The position numbers and the translations under genes are program-made. From contig CAVNZM010000003.1 in the NCBI GenBank assembly GCA_963693365.1, forward strand, positions 2,985,106-3,049,105: a DNA stretch of 64,000 nucleotides. The letters are read 5' to 3'. Of the stretch, positions 15,655 to 32,160 are shown in pieces; the first letter of the stretch is position 1, and the number at the start of each line of letters is the position of its first letter. The stretch is from Amoebidium appalachense. Its lineage: Eukaryota; Protista; Ichthyosporea. The notes under the pieces are model-generated. The model ran no database searches and was not told the DNA's origin. It saw only the letters and a program-made list of their open reading frames with translations.

Positions 15655-17150
15655 CGAACATCCAAAACATATCAAACCCATCTAGGATATGCAACTGTAT
15701 ATTAACGGATAGCTTTTGGATATCCACACGATATGTAGGATGGTTTCAGTCGAACATATCAATACCATCCACTGGATATATACAACATGTCTATTTCCTC
15801 CTGACCTCCAACCAATGTCCAATATGTATGTAGTTGCATGCTTAGATAGTGATCAAGATATTGCACCCCCAATAGATATCACATATGGATATCCATGCTG
15901 TACCTCCATTGGGCATCGTTATGATATCAAATATCTGGATATGCAATCAATGCATATATGGATACATAAGTGCACCTATAATGGCCATTAAATACACATT
16001 AGATGCATATGAATGCAGACATCAAACGCCACCTGGTTGGTTCGGCATGTATTGGATATTAGACAGATGCCCACAATGGATATCGACGCTGGATATCCAA
16101 TGATGGAATTTCAACTGCATTCCTCCGTTGGATAGCTATATGGATATGTAACATTCTGGATATCCATGTGGATGCTTAGCTGTATATTAGACTGGATCAG
16201 TAACAACATATCCAATACATGACTCACAAGGATATCCGATCAAAATCCCCATACAGATATCAAGATATCCCTGTAGCCAGACATGCAATACACCTAACAA
16301 GTATATCCAATGGCGGTCTATAGTGGATGTCCATATTGGATATCCATTAATATATCCAGATGGATCGCTAATACATGTGCACTTGACCCCAACGCTAATG
16401 AACAATGCACGCCCATATTGGATACGTTCCATGGATATCCATTCCGATATCCAGATACATACGCATTTGCTTGTCCACTAGACCCTCCTATAATAACCAA
16501 AGCATGTCGATTCCACATATCCAATTAGATCACCACATATGGCTCTGACGGCTATCCATATACACCCGCACGCTGATGTCCAATAGACAATCATACTAAG
16601 ACACAATGGATAGCTATACTGGTTATCTAGGCTCAACATCCATACAGATATCTTGATACAGCTGCATTTGCCCATCCACTAGACCCTAATACTAATATCC
16701 AATGCATGACGAAAATACATATCACAATAGACCCCCATACCGATCTCCAACGGCTATCCATATGCACCCCTGCTTACCCATCCAATATATGTCGATATTC
16801 ATATACAATGCATCACCATTCACAATATCTAATTTTAATATCCAACATGATATGCGGATACATATACACCTACATATGCACTCGGCACCTATGTTGATAC
16901 CTAATGCATGAAAAACAAACATATCACAGTAGATGTCCAACCTAATGCCTAACACTTAACAAACATACATGTTTTGGGATATCCATTTACACCCGTATCT
17001 AATACTTAAAATATCACTATAACAGCTATCTGGGTTGATACCCATACAGATAGCCAGATACATCTGTAGCTACATCTCTAGGGTATATCCACTGGATTAA
17101 TTGCATAATTTTGGTACTGTATATCTGCAACATATCTATTAGTGTGTATT
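15655..17150. repeat. Left subterminal array of GGATAT(CC)/ATATCC motifs
   Basis: Dozens of dispersed (T)GGATATCC(A)-like words in both orientations, e.g. ~15718, 16092, 16158, 16230, 16338, 16433, 16977. No convincing ORF. Confidence 0.8.
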
Positions 17151-17363
17151 TGATGTGTAATAAGGCCTTTCCGGATAAACATTATACATCTTTACCGATC
17201 CATCGCATAACCATATGATGGCTAATGACCACCATTGATAAATAATTTATGTCTGGCCTAATATCTATCACATAAGTAATACTTATCCACGGTACAAAGT
17301 TACACAACCACGTTATACTCGGTTCCACAAATCAAGGGGAAGAAATAGATAAAAAAGAGGAAG

Positions 17364-17404
<41 letters not shown>

Positions 17405-17426
17405 ATTGCCTTAAAAAAAAAACAGA

Positions 17427-21568
<4,142 letters not shown>

Positions 21569-22323
21569 CTGCATGTGTTTGCCACGTTTTAATGAGTAGC
21601 GTGTTTTTGTTTTTTTGTTGTTTTGTTTCTTTCTTTATGCATTTCTTTAGGGTTTCCTTTGGGGGCCCGGGGGGGGGGGGGGGGGGGGGGGGAGAGGGGG
21701 GCCTCTTGTGTGTGTGTGTGCCTCGTCTCTACGACCCAACAATCATTGCGGACCACACGGTAATTGGACAGGAACACTATGGGAAAAGAATGCCAGGAAT
21801 CAACGAAGCTTTCTTGTATGCAATGCTTAACGCATCGGATAAAACACCCACGGGAAAAATTCTCTTGTCGGTTTTTGCGGCCCACATAGAAGACGGAGCG
21901 CTGTCATCTTCCAGCATTCTTTTGGATGGTCTCAAAGTGTGGTTCGTACATGCTCCTTGGCAATACCCTCATATCATGGAACTTGTGAAAAACGAGTTCC
22001 CTGATTTAGATTGTACCAACCCCATCCAGCACAAGTGCTTTCTCCCCCTATCACCCTTGTATCTAGTGTCAAAGGGACTTGCCCCAACCATAGTCATTCA
22101 GCGCCCGGGCTGCCTAGTCCAAACCACACCATTAGCCCTGCACTATGGTTTCCAGTGCGGGCCGAACGTTGCGCTTGCGGTGAACACTGCCACACTTGGT
22201 TGGTTGGAAAAGCTGTCCTTGTATGATGTTTGCGAATGCCGATCACATTTCCTCCCAGACGTAGACAGAGTAGTGAAAGCATTTGCTACAGTTCGACGGC
22301 TAAACATCCCCATTGCAATCGGT

Positions 22324-22363
<40 letters not shown>

Positions 22364-23826
22364 CGTTTAAAAAAGAAACTCTATCCCTTTTGTTTTTGTT
22401 TGGTGTGTTTCCCACATACTGTATGCGTGAAAACAGCACACTGACGTTTTTCTCTTGCCTCGTTTTCTGTATGTTGTTGTGTTGTGTGCACGTAGTTTTC
22501 TTTCCTTGGTTTTGCAAGTGCATGTGCGAAATAACCTTCTGGGTGTTACAGAAGCATGTTTCCGATGTTCTAGTAGATTGCCGAGATAAAAAACATAAGC
22601 TTAAGTATCTGTTGGATAACCGACTAATCAGTGTGTATATGCAACACATATTTTGTACACGTTCGTTGGCCAACAAACACATGTCTGTTGGATAGGTATT
22701 ACATATAGAATGGATACTTACATATAGAATGGATTGATGCTGTATATCCATTGGATGCCCGACTAATACCTATATGTATAGTGTGGATGTTTTGTGTATA
22801 TGTTTTCCATATCCATTGACCAACCAACACATGCCTTTGCATATGACGTGGTGTTTCCCACACAATCTTCCTTCCAGTTTACTTCTTGCTCACTCCCACT
22901 TTTATCCACAGATACATCCAAGTCTCCTGCAAGCGGTGACAAACGCCTCATGTCGTCTTGGGGAGCCGACGAGGACTTTCCTAAAGATGCCGACGGGCAG
23001 TACCTTCTTCCGGATGACGACATCAGGTTGGCCTACTACCTTACGGTTGTCTGCACGCGCTACCCCACCACCACGATGAAGGACAAGCTGCGGACTACCT
23101 ACGCTGCAGGCAGGGATGAGATGCTGGCTGCGCTGCGCGGTGCCGGCCATTCCATGCCGGAAGGGAAATTCGTTGAGTTTGAAAACATCCCACCGGAGGG
23201 CCCATCTGGTGATGAATCGGGCGATGCGGAGAATGAGCATGAGACTCCTAGTCCCCGCAAGAAGTCCAAAAGCAGCCGCAAGCGTACCCCCCCTTCGTCG
23301 GATAGCGAGGATGAGGATGATTTTACTCCTGTTTTCGTTTGTATTTTAATGGCCAGTTTGTGTGACCTCAAACTAACCCCCCCCCCCCCCTCCCCCCCTT
23401 TCCAAAACACCCACCCTCCCAAAAAAAAAAAAAACACGCACGCACGCACACGCACGCACACACCCACACCATCCACTCTCCCATGTTTGCCACAGAATGA
23501 CAACGTCAAGCAGTTCACCAAGTCTCACCAGGTCTACCAGGTGATGCTGTTGGTCAACCCCACTGTCAACGAGTTGGACAATTCTAGTCTGGCCCTTGCT
23601 ACCCTCGAGGCCATCAAGACTGTGATGCCGACTGCACATGATGTACTGAGCTCAAGGGGCAAGGAACACTGGACTAGCATGTTGGCCAGCGCGACCCGTG
23701 GTACAGACGCCAAGAAGGTCGTTACGGCCATCCGCACGGGGCTGACCACAGTCAGATCCATGGTTCACGGCAACATACGCAATGCCTTCGTCCACTACCC
23801 AGTGCCTGACACCAACTCATCGGTAT

Positions 23827-23871
<45 letters not shown>

Positions 23872-24801
23872 ACACACACACGCGCACACACACAACCCCC
23901 CCCCCCCCCCCCTCTCCCAGACACACTCAAACATAACACACACCCCATCACCTCCAAAAAATTTAAAAATCAAAAAAGAGAACATTTACGATCACTTCCA
24001 CATCCACACCATAATGTTTATGCAAATATGGTTTACACATGCACAGAAAATACTAAACCGTTGGTCTGCGGTAGTCGTTTAATGGGTATCCGTTGGATAT
24101 CCTTTCACATACATGTTCGTTGGATAATACATATCTATTGCATGTCGTGTACACCCCTATCGAGATAACAAACGTATGCTTACCTATCTGTTGGACAACC
24201 GATGGATACGTGTTTAATATGTTTAGCATTTGTTCGTACACGTCTTGGGAGGATTTCAACGACACCCTGATTTTTATTGTTTGCAGATCATGGAGTATGC
24301 CACTTCCCGTAACGACCGGGAGGCCAAGTGGGTGGAGCTGATCGACGAGGTTGTGGTGATGGGGTATCCATGTGGCCGCAAGTATTCAGCTGACCCAGAC
24401 ACCTTCCATCCATTCGGATGGCGTGGGTTCAACCGTGTGTTCGAGAGCATCACGCTCACGGGGATCAAGACCCGCATCAGCTCTCTGACTCCCATGGTAT
24501 GCCAGCCCCCCCCCCCCCCCCCCCCCCCCCCTGCTACTAGTACTGTGTACTGCTATTAGGCGACTTTTTTTCCCGCCTCTCTCTGTCTCCCCCCCTCTTG
24601 TCGCTGCCTATGTCTCTCTCTCTTATCTGTCTATCTTATTTTCCTTTCCTCTTCCCTTCACTTGACCCCCCCCCCCCCCCCCCCCCCCTCCTCCACTGTT
24701 CTTCCCGATCGCTTGCCTCATCATGAGACACTGTTATTTGACACTAACTCCCCCCCCCCCCCCCCCTCCCCACACACATGCACACACACACACATACTAC
24801 T

Positions 24802-24835
<34 letters not shown>

Positions 24836-25619
24836 CAACACACACAAACACACACCGGCACAAACGCTGCCATCACACACACAACAGGACATTGCTGAGA
24901 AATACCCCAAGTTTTTTAGCATGGTCGTTTTCTGCCTGGAGTCGTTGCTGAAGGACCCCAACGCTCACAAGTGCCTGTCTACCCCCATCCAATGGGCCCA
25001 CGTCAACTATAATGTCGGTGGTGACTACAACGGGGGCGCCAGGCTGTCCACCATCAAGCAGGTGTGTGTGCTGTGTAATCCTTTATTTTAGTGGTTGTTT
25101 TATGCTTTATTGGCACTTATCTTCTTGTAAACTTTTGAACAGCACTTGCCAAGTGGAATGGTTTACTTTTTGTGTCCTAGGTGTCAGCAAACAGTTTGTA
25201 TTCAACATTTATTGTTTAGAATCCTGCTTAGGGAACTGTCGCCTGCTTCACCCCGGCCGTATACACATTGTTAGATGGGTGTTCAGTTGATCCTTCTTAC
25301 ATAGCTGTTGGACTTGAAACATATTGGGTACTAACATTCCCCCCCCCCCCCCCCCCCCCCCCACCCACCCACCGCCCCCTCCTCCCTCCGCCCCATTTCT
25401 ATAACCTTTTATCATTCATGCTTGCACATACCCCCCATATACAGTACATCAAGAACTGGGAGAAGGTCAAGATCAGGCTCAAGGCTGACCAGTACCAGGC
25501 CAAGAAGTTGGCCGAGAGGGCTGCAAGCGCCAAGGCCAAGGTGGCCTTAGAGGTGGGCAAGGGGGGCAACGCCAACAAGGATGACAGCCCAGGCGAGCAA
25601 GAACTGCAGCCCCCCGTCT

Positions 25620-28600
25620 TGTAGCTTAGAGGTTTCTCTGTGAGACTTTATTATTTGCTGACTTGCATTGACTGGCCTGCCGGGACCTTTATATACTTGT
25701 GGTCTGGCTCACTGGAATGTTACATACTATTCCCGATTGGTCTACCCGCCGCTATGGATCTAGTCGCTACCAATCAAAGCACTCCAATAGAATCTTCTAG
25801 ACTCTTCTAGCTCTATCCTGATCTATCGTGAACCTATCCACCAGTTTATCCCGAATATCTCGAATATTCCCGATCACTAGTGCTACGCTAACGAAGGGCA
25901 TACCGGATGGCTATCCTGTTCGACACCCCCACTTGCACTGTGTTCTATCTATGTACCGCATGCAACCTAAACCTAAGATGCAACTCTAAAACTATGCTAC
26001 TATACTAACACATATAACACCTACTACACGAACATTAACACTACACTATTTGTAGTTCTTACTCAGCCATGCCGATGGCCTGCCGATGCTGCACCAACTT
26101 AAGTCTCCCTAAAGCTTTGGTGCACATGTCGGCCACGTTACTGTTCGTGCTGCAATACACAAGTTCTACATCCCCATTCTCCACACACTCACGGGTGTAG
26201 TGGTACTGAACGTCGATGTGTTTGCTCCTGTTATGGAGCATCGGGTTCCTTGCAAGCTTGATGCTGGCCTGGTTGTCGGCGTAGATGATGGTCGCCTCAC
26301 TCATATCGTAGCCCAGCTGCCCCAGCAGCTGTCGTAGCCACTTAGCCTCTTTGACTGCCAGGCACGTAGCCATATACTCCGCCTCTGTAGATGAAGTAGC
26401 CACAGTCTTCTGTTGCTTGCTGCCCCAGCTGATGGCAGATCCATTGGCAGTGAAGATGTATCCGCTCGTCGACTTACGGTCGTCGGAGTTGCCAGCGTAA
26501 TCGGAGTCAGTGAATCCCTCCACTGTTGTACTCCCTCCTCGTCCTCCGCGGTAGACAATCCCGTAGTTGGTTGTCCCCTTGAGGTACCGGAGAAGATGTT
26601 TGGCTGCGTCCCAGTGTTGAAGTCCCGGGTTGCTCACGAACTTACTAAGTTCCCCCACTGCTTGTGCAATGTCTGGCCGGGTGGCCACCATTGCGTACAT
26701 TAAGGAGCCCACAGCTCTGGCATAAGGAACTTGCCGCATCGCCACTCTCTCCTCCTCGCTTGCCGGACTCATGGCCTTGCTCAACACGCATCGCTCCGGT
26801 AGCGGTGTTGACTTAGCCTTGCAGTCGACCATGTTGAAGCGCCGCATCAATGACTTGATGTACGTTTCCTGTGACAATTTTATATCGCCTGTTGCAGCGT
26901 CACGACTGACCTGCACACCGAGTAGCAGCTTTGGCTCGCCGATCACCTTGACGGAGAACTTCGTCGCAACCTGCCTGACGAATTCTTGAATAAGATCATC
27001 TGTCGACGCCGCCACTAGCATGTCGTCCACATGCACAGCCACCACCGTCTTTCCACTTCCGTTGACCTTGAAGTAGACACATCGATCAGCTTCCACACGT
27101 GTGAAGCCAAGATCGACCATAGCCTCATGCATCTTCTCATTCCAGCACCTTGCTGCTTGCTTGAGGCCATACAGACTTTTGTGCAAACGACACACATAGT
27201 CTTCCTTTCCGGGTACCTCGTACCCACGCGGTTGCTGCATGTACAGCTCTTCCTTGATGTCGCCGTTCAGGAACGCCGTGACGATATCTATTTGTGTGAG
27301 GTGCATGTTCTCTGCCGCTGCCATAGCGAAGAGAAGTCTGAAGCTGGTGAACTTGGCCACCGGGGCAAAGGTCTCTTCGTAGTCTATCCCCTCTTGCTGT
27401 GAGAAGCCCCTGGCCACACCACGGGCCTTGTAGCGCTCGACACTGCCGTCGGCGTTGCGTTTCATCTTGAAGACCCACTTGAAGGAAACTGCCCGACGAC
27501 CTGGTGGGAGTGGCACCAGTGACCATGTCCCATTCTTGACTAGAGATTCGTACTCCTCGTCCAGCGCAGCCTTCCACTTTGCACCATCTGGCCTGGAGAT
27601 TGCTTCTTCCAGTGTCACAGGGTCATCCTCATTGCTATCAGCACTCTCAATTGCCATGCTGATACTGTCGCGGTACTCTACTACACCTGCGTTGATGCCG
27701 TAGGTCCCACCGCGCCTTGTAGTCATAGACGGATAGGCACTTCTGGTTGCAACCTGCAACTCTGCACGATCTTCCTCGTCTCCTGACCCTGCCGCGTCCG
27801 AATCGCCGCTGTCCTCGCCCGCGCCGTCGCCGATAGCATCTGAATCATATCCACTGTCAGTGCCGATTGCAGGCTTCCGAAAGGAATGTTGCTTCTTGGC
27901 GCTGATTGGATCTCTCGATTCCAAGCTCTGCTGATTTCCGATTGGCTTATGCATCAGCAATTCCATTGGCTCATCTTGCACCACCGGAATACCGGCCTTT
28001 GGGGTGCATGATTCATCGATCACCACATCTCGCCCGACGATAGTCTTGCGCGCCTCGGTGTCCCACAACAAGTACGTCTTGCTGTCACCTGTGTAGCCGA
28101 CGAATTTACACTCCCGACTCTTGGCGTCTAGCTTCCTGCGCTCGTCCTTCGGCACATGGACAAATGCCTTGCTACCAAATACACGTAGATGGCTAACATC
28201 GGGCTTCTCTCCATACCATGCCTCCCAAGGTGTCATGCCACCCAGTACTGTGGTTGGCGTCAGGTTCTTGATGTACACAGCTGCCTGTACTGCCAGCTGC
28301 CAGAACCCCATACTCATGCCTGCTGACTGCAGCATGCAGCGCGCCGTCTCGACAATGGTCCTGTTAGCCCTCTCTGCTACACCATTCTGCTCTGGTGTGT
28401 AAGGGACTGTCGCCTCATGTTCAATGCCGCACGCTTCCAGGAACGACTTGAACTCAGTGGAGGTGTACTCACCCCCATTGTCGGAACGCAGAATCTTGAT
28501 GCTGGCACCGTGTTGCTTCTCTACGTGTGCCTTGTACTTCTTGAAGTAAGTATGCACTTGGGATTTATGTTTCATGAAGTACACCGTAGTGAACCTTGTC

Positions 28601-30548
28601 TTGTCGTCGATGAAGGTGACATAATACTTGGAACCTTGCAGCGACTCCTTGTTGAACGGTCCTGCCACATCAGAATGAACTCTGTCGAGCTTCGCTGGCG
28701 CTGTCTTGCGGGGTAGCTTACTGAAAGAGAGCCGGGCTTGCTTCCCTCTCGCGCATCCCTCGCACACACCGTCATCTTGGGTTTTGCAGTCGATGCACAG
28801 ACCCTCGACGATGTTTTCTTTAACCATCTTCTGTAGCGTGTTTATTGCCACATGACCAAACCGCCGGTGCCATAAACTGGCGCTGCCCTTTACCGGCTCA
28901 CACACGGTGTTACCCCCACTGCTGCCGACTGCAGTGGTCACCATGTTCACGCTCTCACATACGGGTTTCACTAGGAGACGATACAGGCCTCCCTCCACTA
29001 CCCCACGGGCCACAACTTGGCCATCTGTGGCACTCTCAATCGTACACTGTCGACCGTCGGTGATGCCTCTTAACCCGTGCTTGCCGGCGCTTGAAGCCGA
29101 CATCACGTTAGTTCCAAATGCTGGCACGTACAGCACATTCTGCAGTCTAAATGTCATGCTGTTGCCCTGGAACTCACTTGTTAATCTTACGACGCCTATT
29201 CCTAGCGCCATCACACCCGGGGTGTTACCCAGAGCGACGGGTTTGGGTGTGATCGACCGGAAGTCTTCCATCCAGTCCTTTCGGCATGTGACATGGGAGG
29301 TTGCGCCGCAGTCCCAATACCACTCAGTTGAAGAAGGGAGTCCGCTGTTTACCGCCATGGCGAGTATCTCCTTGGAAGCTCCGTTCTGCTTCGCCTTGTC
29401 GCCGCGATTGCCGCCCTTCTTCTTCTTTGGACACTGTGACTTGTAGTGCCCAAACTTGTGACATTTGTAACACTCCACCTTGGATATGTCAGTCACGCGC
29501 GGCTTGCCGGTGTCCTGTCGTGGCGTACCGCCGCGCCATTGGGTGCTGGTCATCATCACCCGCTGCTGTTCCCTTGCAGCCTCGTTCTCCTCAAAACCAC
29601 GCAGCTTGGCGATTATCTTTTCCATTGTCTTCTCAGCTGCTGGTAAAGCTTGAATGGTCCTAACGTCGGTGCGGAATCGGTCGTCAGCGCCTACACCGTC
29701 CAGGAATTTCTCGGCAACCATGTCCTCACTAACTCCATTGGGATCGATATGAAGAAGATCCTGCACAATGCACTCCAGGCGGGCCGCATACTCCAGCACG
29801 CTTTCCGTCGGCATCATATCAGCACGCCAGAACTGTTGAATCAACATTCTCTTGTGCTCATCTGTGTTGCGCGCAGCGTATGATGCTACCGTATCCCATA
29901 TGTCCTTGGGATTTCCTACGGCAATAGCTCGCCGACACAGGCTTGCAGGTACATCACCTAGTGTCTCCACCAGGTAGGAAGTCGCCTTCTTCTGATCCAA
30001 GGGGTCGATCTCCACCGGAGGTTGCTCCACCGGTTCGCCGTCCTCTCCTATCACTTCAGGAGCCACGTCTTCAATCGTGTACCATAATTCCTCGCCCTCG
30101 AGGAAGCACTTCATGCGCATGGCCCACATTGAGTAGGAGATTTTGCCCTTGCCTTCTCCTTCATACATGGGAACTGGACATTTTGCTCTTCCCATCTTGT
30201 CTCAACAGTCGCTTGATCGTAGCGTTGTACTGGGCCCATAACCGTAACTTAGAGGTTTCTCTGTGAGACTTTATTATTTGCTGACTTGCATTGACTGGCC
30301 TGCCGGGACCTTTATATACTTGTGGTCTGGCTCACTGGAATGTTACATACTATTCCCGATTGGTCTACCCGCCGCTATGGATCTAGTCGCTACCAATCAA
30401 AGCACTCCAATAGAATCTTCTAGACTCTTCTAGATCTATCCTGATCTATCGTGAACCTATCCACCAGTTTATCCCGAATATCTCGAATATTCCCGATCAC
30501 TAGTGCTACGCTAACGCAGGGCATACCGGATGGCTATCCTGTTCGACA
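25620..30548 (-). mobile_element. Full-length Ty1/Copia LTR retrotransposon
   Basis: 306-bp LTRs at 25620-25925 and 30243-30548 (~4 mismatches seen). TSD CGTCT at 25615-25619 / 30549-30553. Copia-type half-tRNA-iMet PBS GGTTATGGGCCCAG on the minus strand at ~30230-30243. G-run PPT at 25926-25930. Confidence 0.97.
26059..30195 (-). CDS. Copia gag-pol polyprotein (1378 aa, intact)
   Basis: Zinc knuckle CYKCHKFGHYKSQC; protease WYWDCGAT; LWHRRFGH; integrase VHSDVAGP...LRSDNGGEY...QNGVAER; RT YKARGVARGFSQ...HVDD; RNase H FTDSDYAG...EAEY...DNQA. Domain order PR-IN-RT-RH. Confidence 0.97.
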   Translation of the reverse strand: MGRAKCPVPMYEGEGKGKISYSMWAMRMKCFLEGEELWYTIEDVAPEVIGEDGEPVEQPPVEIDPLDQKKATSYLVETLGDVPASLCRRAIAVGNPKDIWDTVASYAARNTDEHKRMLIQQFWRADMMPTESVLEYAARLECIVQDLLHIDPNGVSEDMVAEKFLDGVGADDRFRTDVRTIQALPAAEKTMEKIIAKLRGFEENEAAREQQRVMMTSTQWRGGTPRQDTGKPRVTDISKVECYKCHKFGHYKSQCPKKKKGGNRGDKAKQNGASKEILAMAVNSGLPSSTEWYWDCGATSHVTCRKDWMEDFRSITPKPVALGNTPGVMALGIGVVRLTSEFQGNSMTFRLQNVLYVPAFGTNVMSASSAGKHGLRGITDGRQCTIESATDGQVVARGVVEGGLYRLLVKPVCESVNMVTTAVGSSGGNTVCEPVKGSASLWHRRFGHVAINTLQKMVKENIVEGLCIDCKTQDDGVCEGCARGKQARLSFSKLPRKTAPAKLDRVHSDVAGPFNKESLQGSKYYVTFIDDKTRFTTVYFMKHKSQVHTYFKKYKAHVEKQHGASIKILRSDNGGEYTSTEFKSFLEACGIEHEATVPYTPEQNGVAERANRTIVETARCMLQSAGMSMGFWQLAVQAAVYIKNLTPTTVLGGMTPWEAWYGEKPDVSHLRVFGSKAFVHVPKDERRKLDAKSRECKFVGYTGDSKTYLLWDTEARKTIVGRDVVIDESCTPKAGIPVVQDEPMELLMHKPIGNQQSLESRDPISAKKQHSFRKPAIGTDSGYDSDAIGDGAGEDSGDSDAAGSGDEEDRAELQVATRSAYPSMTTRRGGTYGINAGVVEYRDSISMAIESADSNEDDPVTLEEAISRPDGAKWKAALDEEYESLVKNGTWSLVPLPPGRRAVSFKWVFKMKRNADGSVERYKARGVARGFSQQEGIDYEETFAPVAKFTSFRLLFAMAAAENMHLTQIDIVTAFLNGDIKEELYMQQPRGYEVPGKEDYVCRLHKSLYGLKQAARCWNEKMHEAMVDLGFTRVEADRCVYFKVNGSGKTVVAVHVDDMLVAASTDDLIQEFVRQVATKFSVKVIGEPKLLLGVQVSRDAATGDIKLSQETYIKSLMRRFNMVDCKAKSTPLPERCVLSKAMSPASEEERVAMRQVPYARAVGSLMYAMVATRPDIAQAVGELSKFVSNPGLQHWDAAKHLLRYLKGTTNYGIVYRGGRGGSTTVEGFTDSDYAGNSDDRKSTSGYIFTANGSAISWGSKQQKTVATSSTEAEYMATCLAVKEAKWLRQLLGQLGYDMSEATIIYADNQASIKLARNPMLHNRSKHIDVQYHYTRECVENGDVELVYCSTNSNVADMCTKALGRLKLVQHRQAIGMAE

Positions 30549-31184
30549 CGTCTCCCCCTTGCAGCCGGGGTCTGACAACGACGGCGGCCGTGATGAGGAT
30601 GCAGTTGAGGCTAACGGCAGCGGTGGCCAGGTCAGCGGAGATGGCAGCAACAGCGAGCCCGAGGATGAGACTAGCGAGCGTGAGCAAGTGAAGAACGCTG
30701 ATGTCAGCGAGGAAGAGGGGGACAGGGACGGCGACGCCAGCGAGCGCGATGGGGCCGAGGGCAGCGAGGCCGAGGGCAGCGAGGATGAGGGCAGCAAGAA
30801 GAGGGTGCGCAATGAGGAGGAGGATGAGGAACGCGCCACCGTGACCAAAAAAAGCAAGGAAGATTAACCCCCCCCCCCCCCCCCCCCAATTATCTTTGAT
30901 TGTGCCCAGTGTGTTCAAGTTGATCTTGTGTTTTTTTTCTTTTCTTTATTAATACGTCTTATAGTAGTAACAAAAAAACATGTGTAGTTTGTAAGCAAGA
31001 AGGTCACTGGACCCTGTAATAGTTCATAATCAAAAGTAAGTGTTGGATTGTGTGTCATATGCTCCTGGTGAGCATGACTTAGATAAAACTGGTCATGCTC
31101 CTGTGGGGCATGACGTGTACATAAAGACTTGTGCTGCCGTCGTTGAGCAAGTGCCAGATCCCAACGAGGAGGGGGGGGGGGGGG

Positions 31185-32160
31185 GTATTGCATATCCAAT
31201 TGGGCATTATTTATATATTAGACTACTCATCGAGATATATATTTAATGGACTGCTAAATTATATCAAACTGGATATCTAGTGCATATCCAGACACGGAAG
31301 TGATGATATCCGATTGGATATCACTCATATATTAGATTAGTCCTTAGGATATACATGCAACGGATGAGTATTAGATATCACTGTGATATAGAATACATAT
31401 CCAGACACGTTGTTCGGATTTCTGCCTATATGTCTATTTATATATATAATATATGCAAGGGCCGATATCTAAAGGGTGTCTTTTGGTCGTCTATCACATC
31501 CATTTTCGGTGGTTCATTTACTGATCCAGTGCATATATACTGGGATGCATGTTGGATATCTATGCTTTGGTCTACTTGGCAACTATTATGAGGTCTATTG
31601 GTGACCTGACTGTATATAGTCAATATAGGTATTCTATGCCTATATACATAGCTATCTGTATATCTATTGAACCGCATTTTCGGTAATAAATCTATGCACA
31701 ACCTATATGTATTGCATATCAAATTACATCTCTTTTGTATCAATTACATATGATTTAGGTTACCCACAGCATATCAATTGGATCTCGATTGTGCACCTTT
31801 TATTCATGTTATATATATATATTACGTATCATAATGGATAGGGTTTTCGGCAGGTTTCCAGTCACTGGATACCTTCGTTGCATATCCAGTATATATGTTG
31901 TGCATGTGTATTTGCATATCTAGTGTTCGATATCCACTGGATATCACGTTTCCCGTGGATATCTAGTGGATCCCTAACAGTAGTTATCCAATGGATATCA
32001 GGGTTTTAACAGATATCTATATACATATTAGCCGTAGATATCCAAGATTAATATCCATTTATATTTACATATCTTAAACCCATGAACTGGATGTAGGGTT
32101 ATGTTCAGGATGGGTTTGAGTATATGGATATCTTTAATGTATCTTTTATGGGTTCCGGAT
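31185..32160. repeat. Right subterminal array of GGATAT(CC) motifs
   Basis: Same motif as the left array, e.g. ~31270, 31315, 31553, 31937, 31956, 31992, 32125. Confidence 0.8.

Larger units (their letters stand above)
21721..30867 (+). pseudogene. Transposon cargo gene: KDM4/JMJD2-like JmjC histone demethylase fused to a helical DUF6532-like domain and an acidic tail; 5'-truncated, last exon split by Copia
   Basis: Phase-compatible GT-AG exons ~21721-22321, 22912-23330, 23496-23822, 24287-24496, 24888-25061 and 25445-25619 + 30554-30867. JmjC motifs: PGINEAFLY, FAAHIED (HxE), GLKVWF, CTNPIQHK, QRPGCLVQTTPLALHYGF, NVALAVN, VCEC. Confidence 0.85.

Noticed and set aside
30451-30867. Stand-alone 138-aa acidic protein
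   Set aside because: Its start is in the Copia LTR; the remainder is the split last exon of the JmjC cargo gene.
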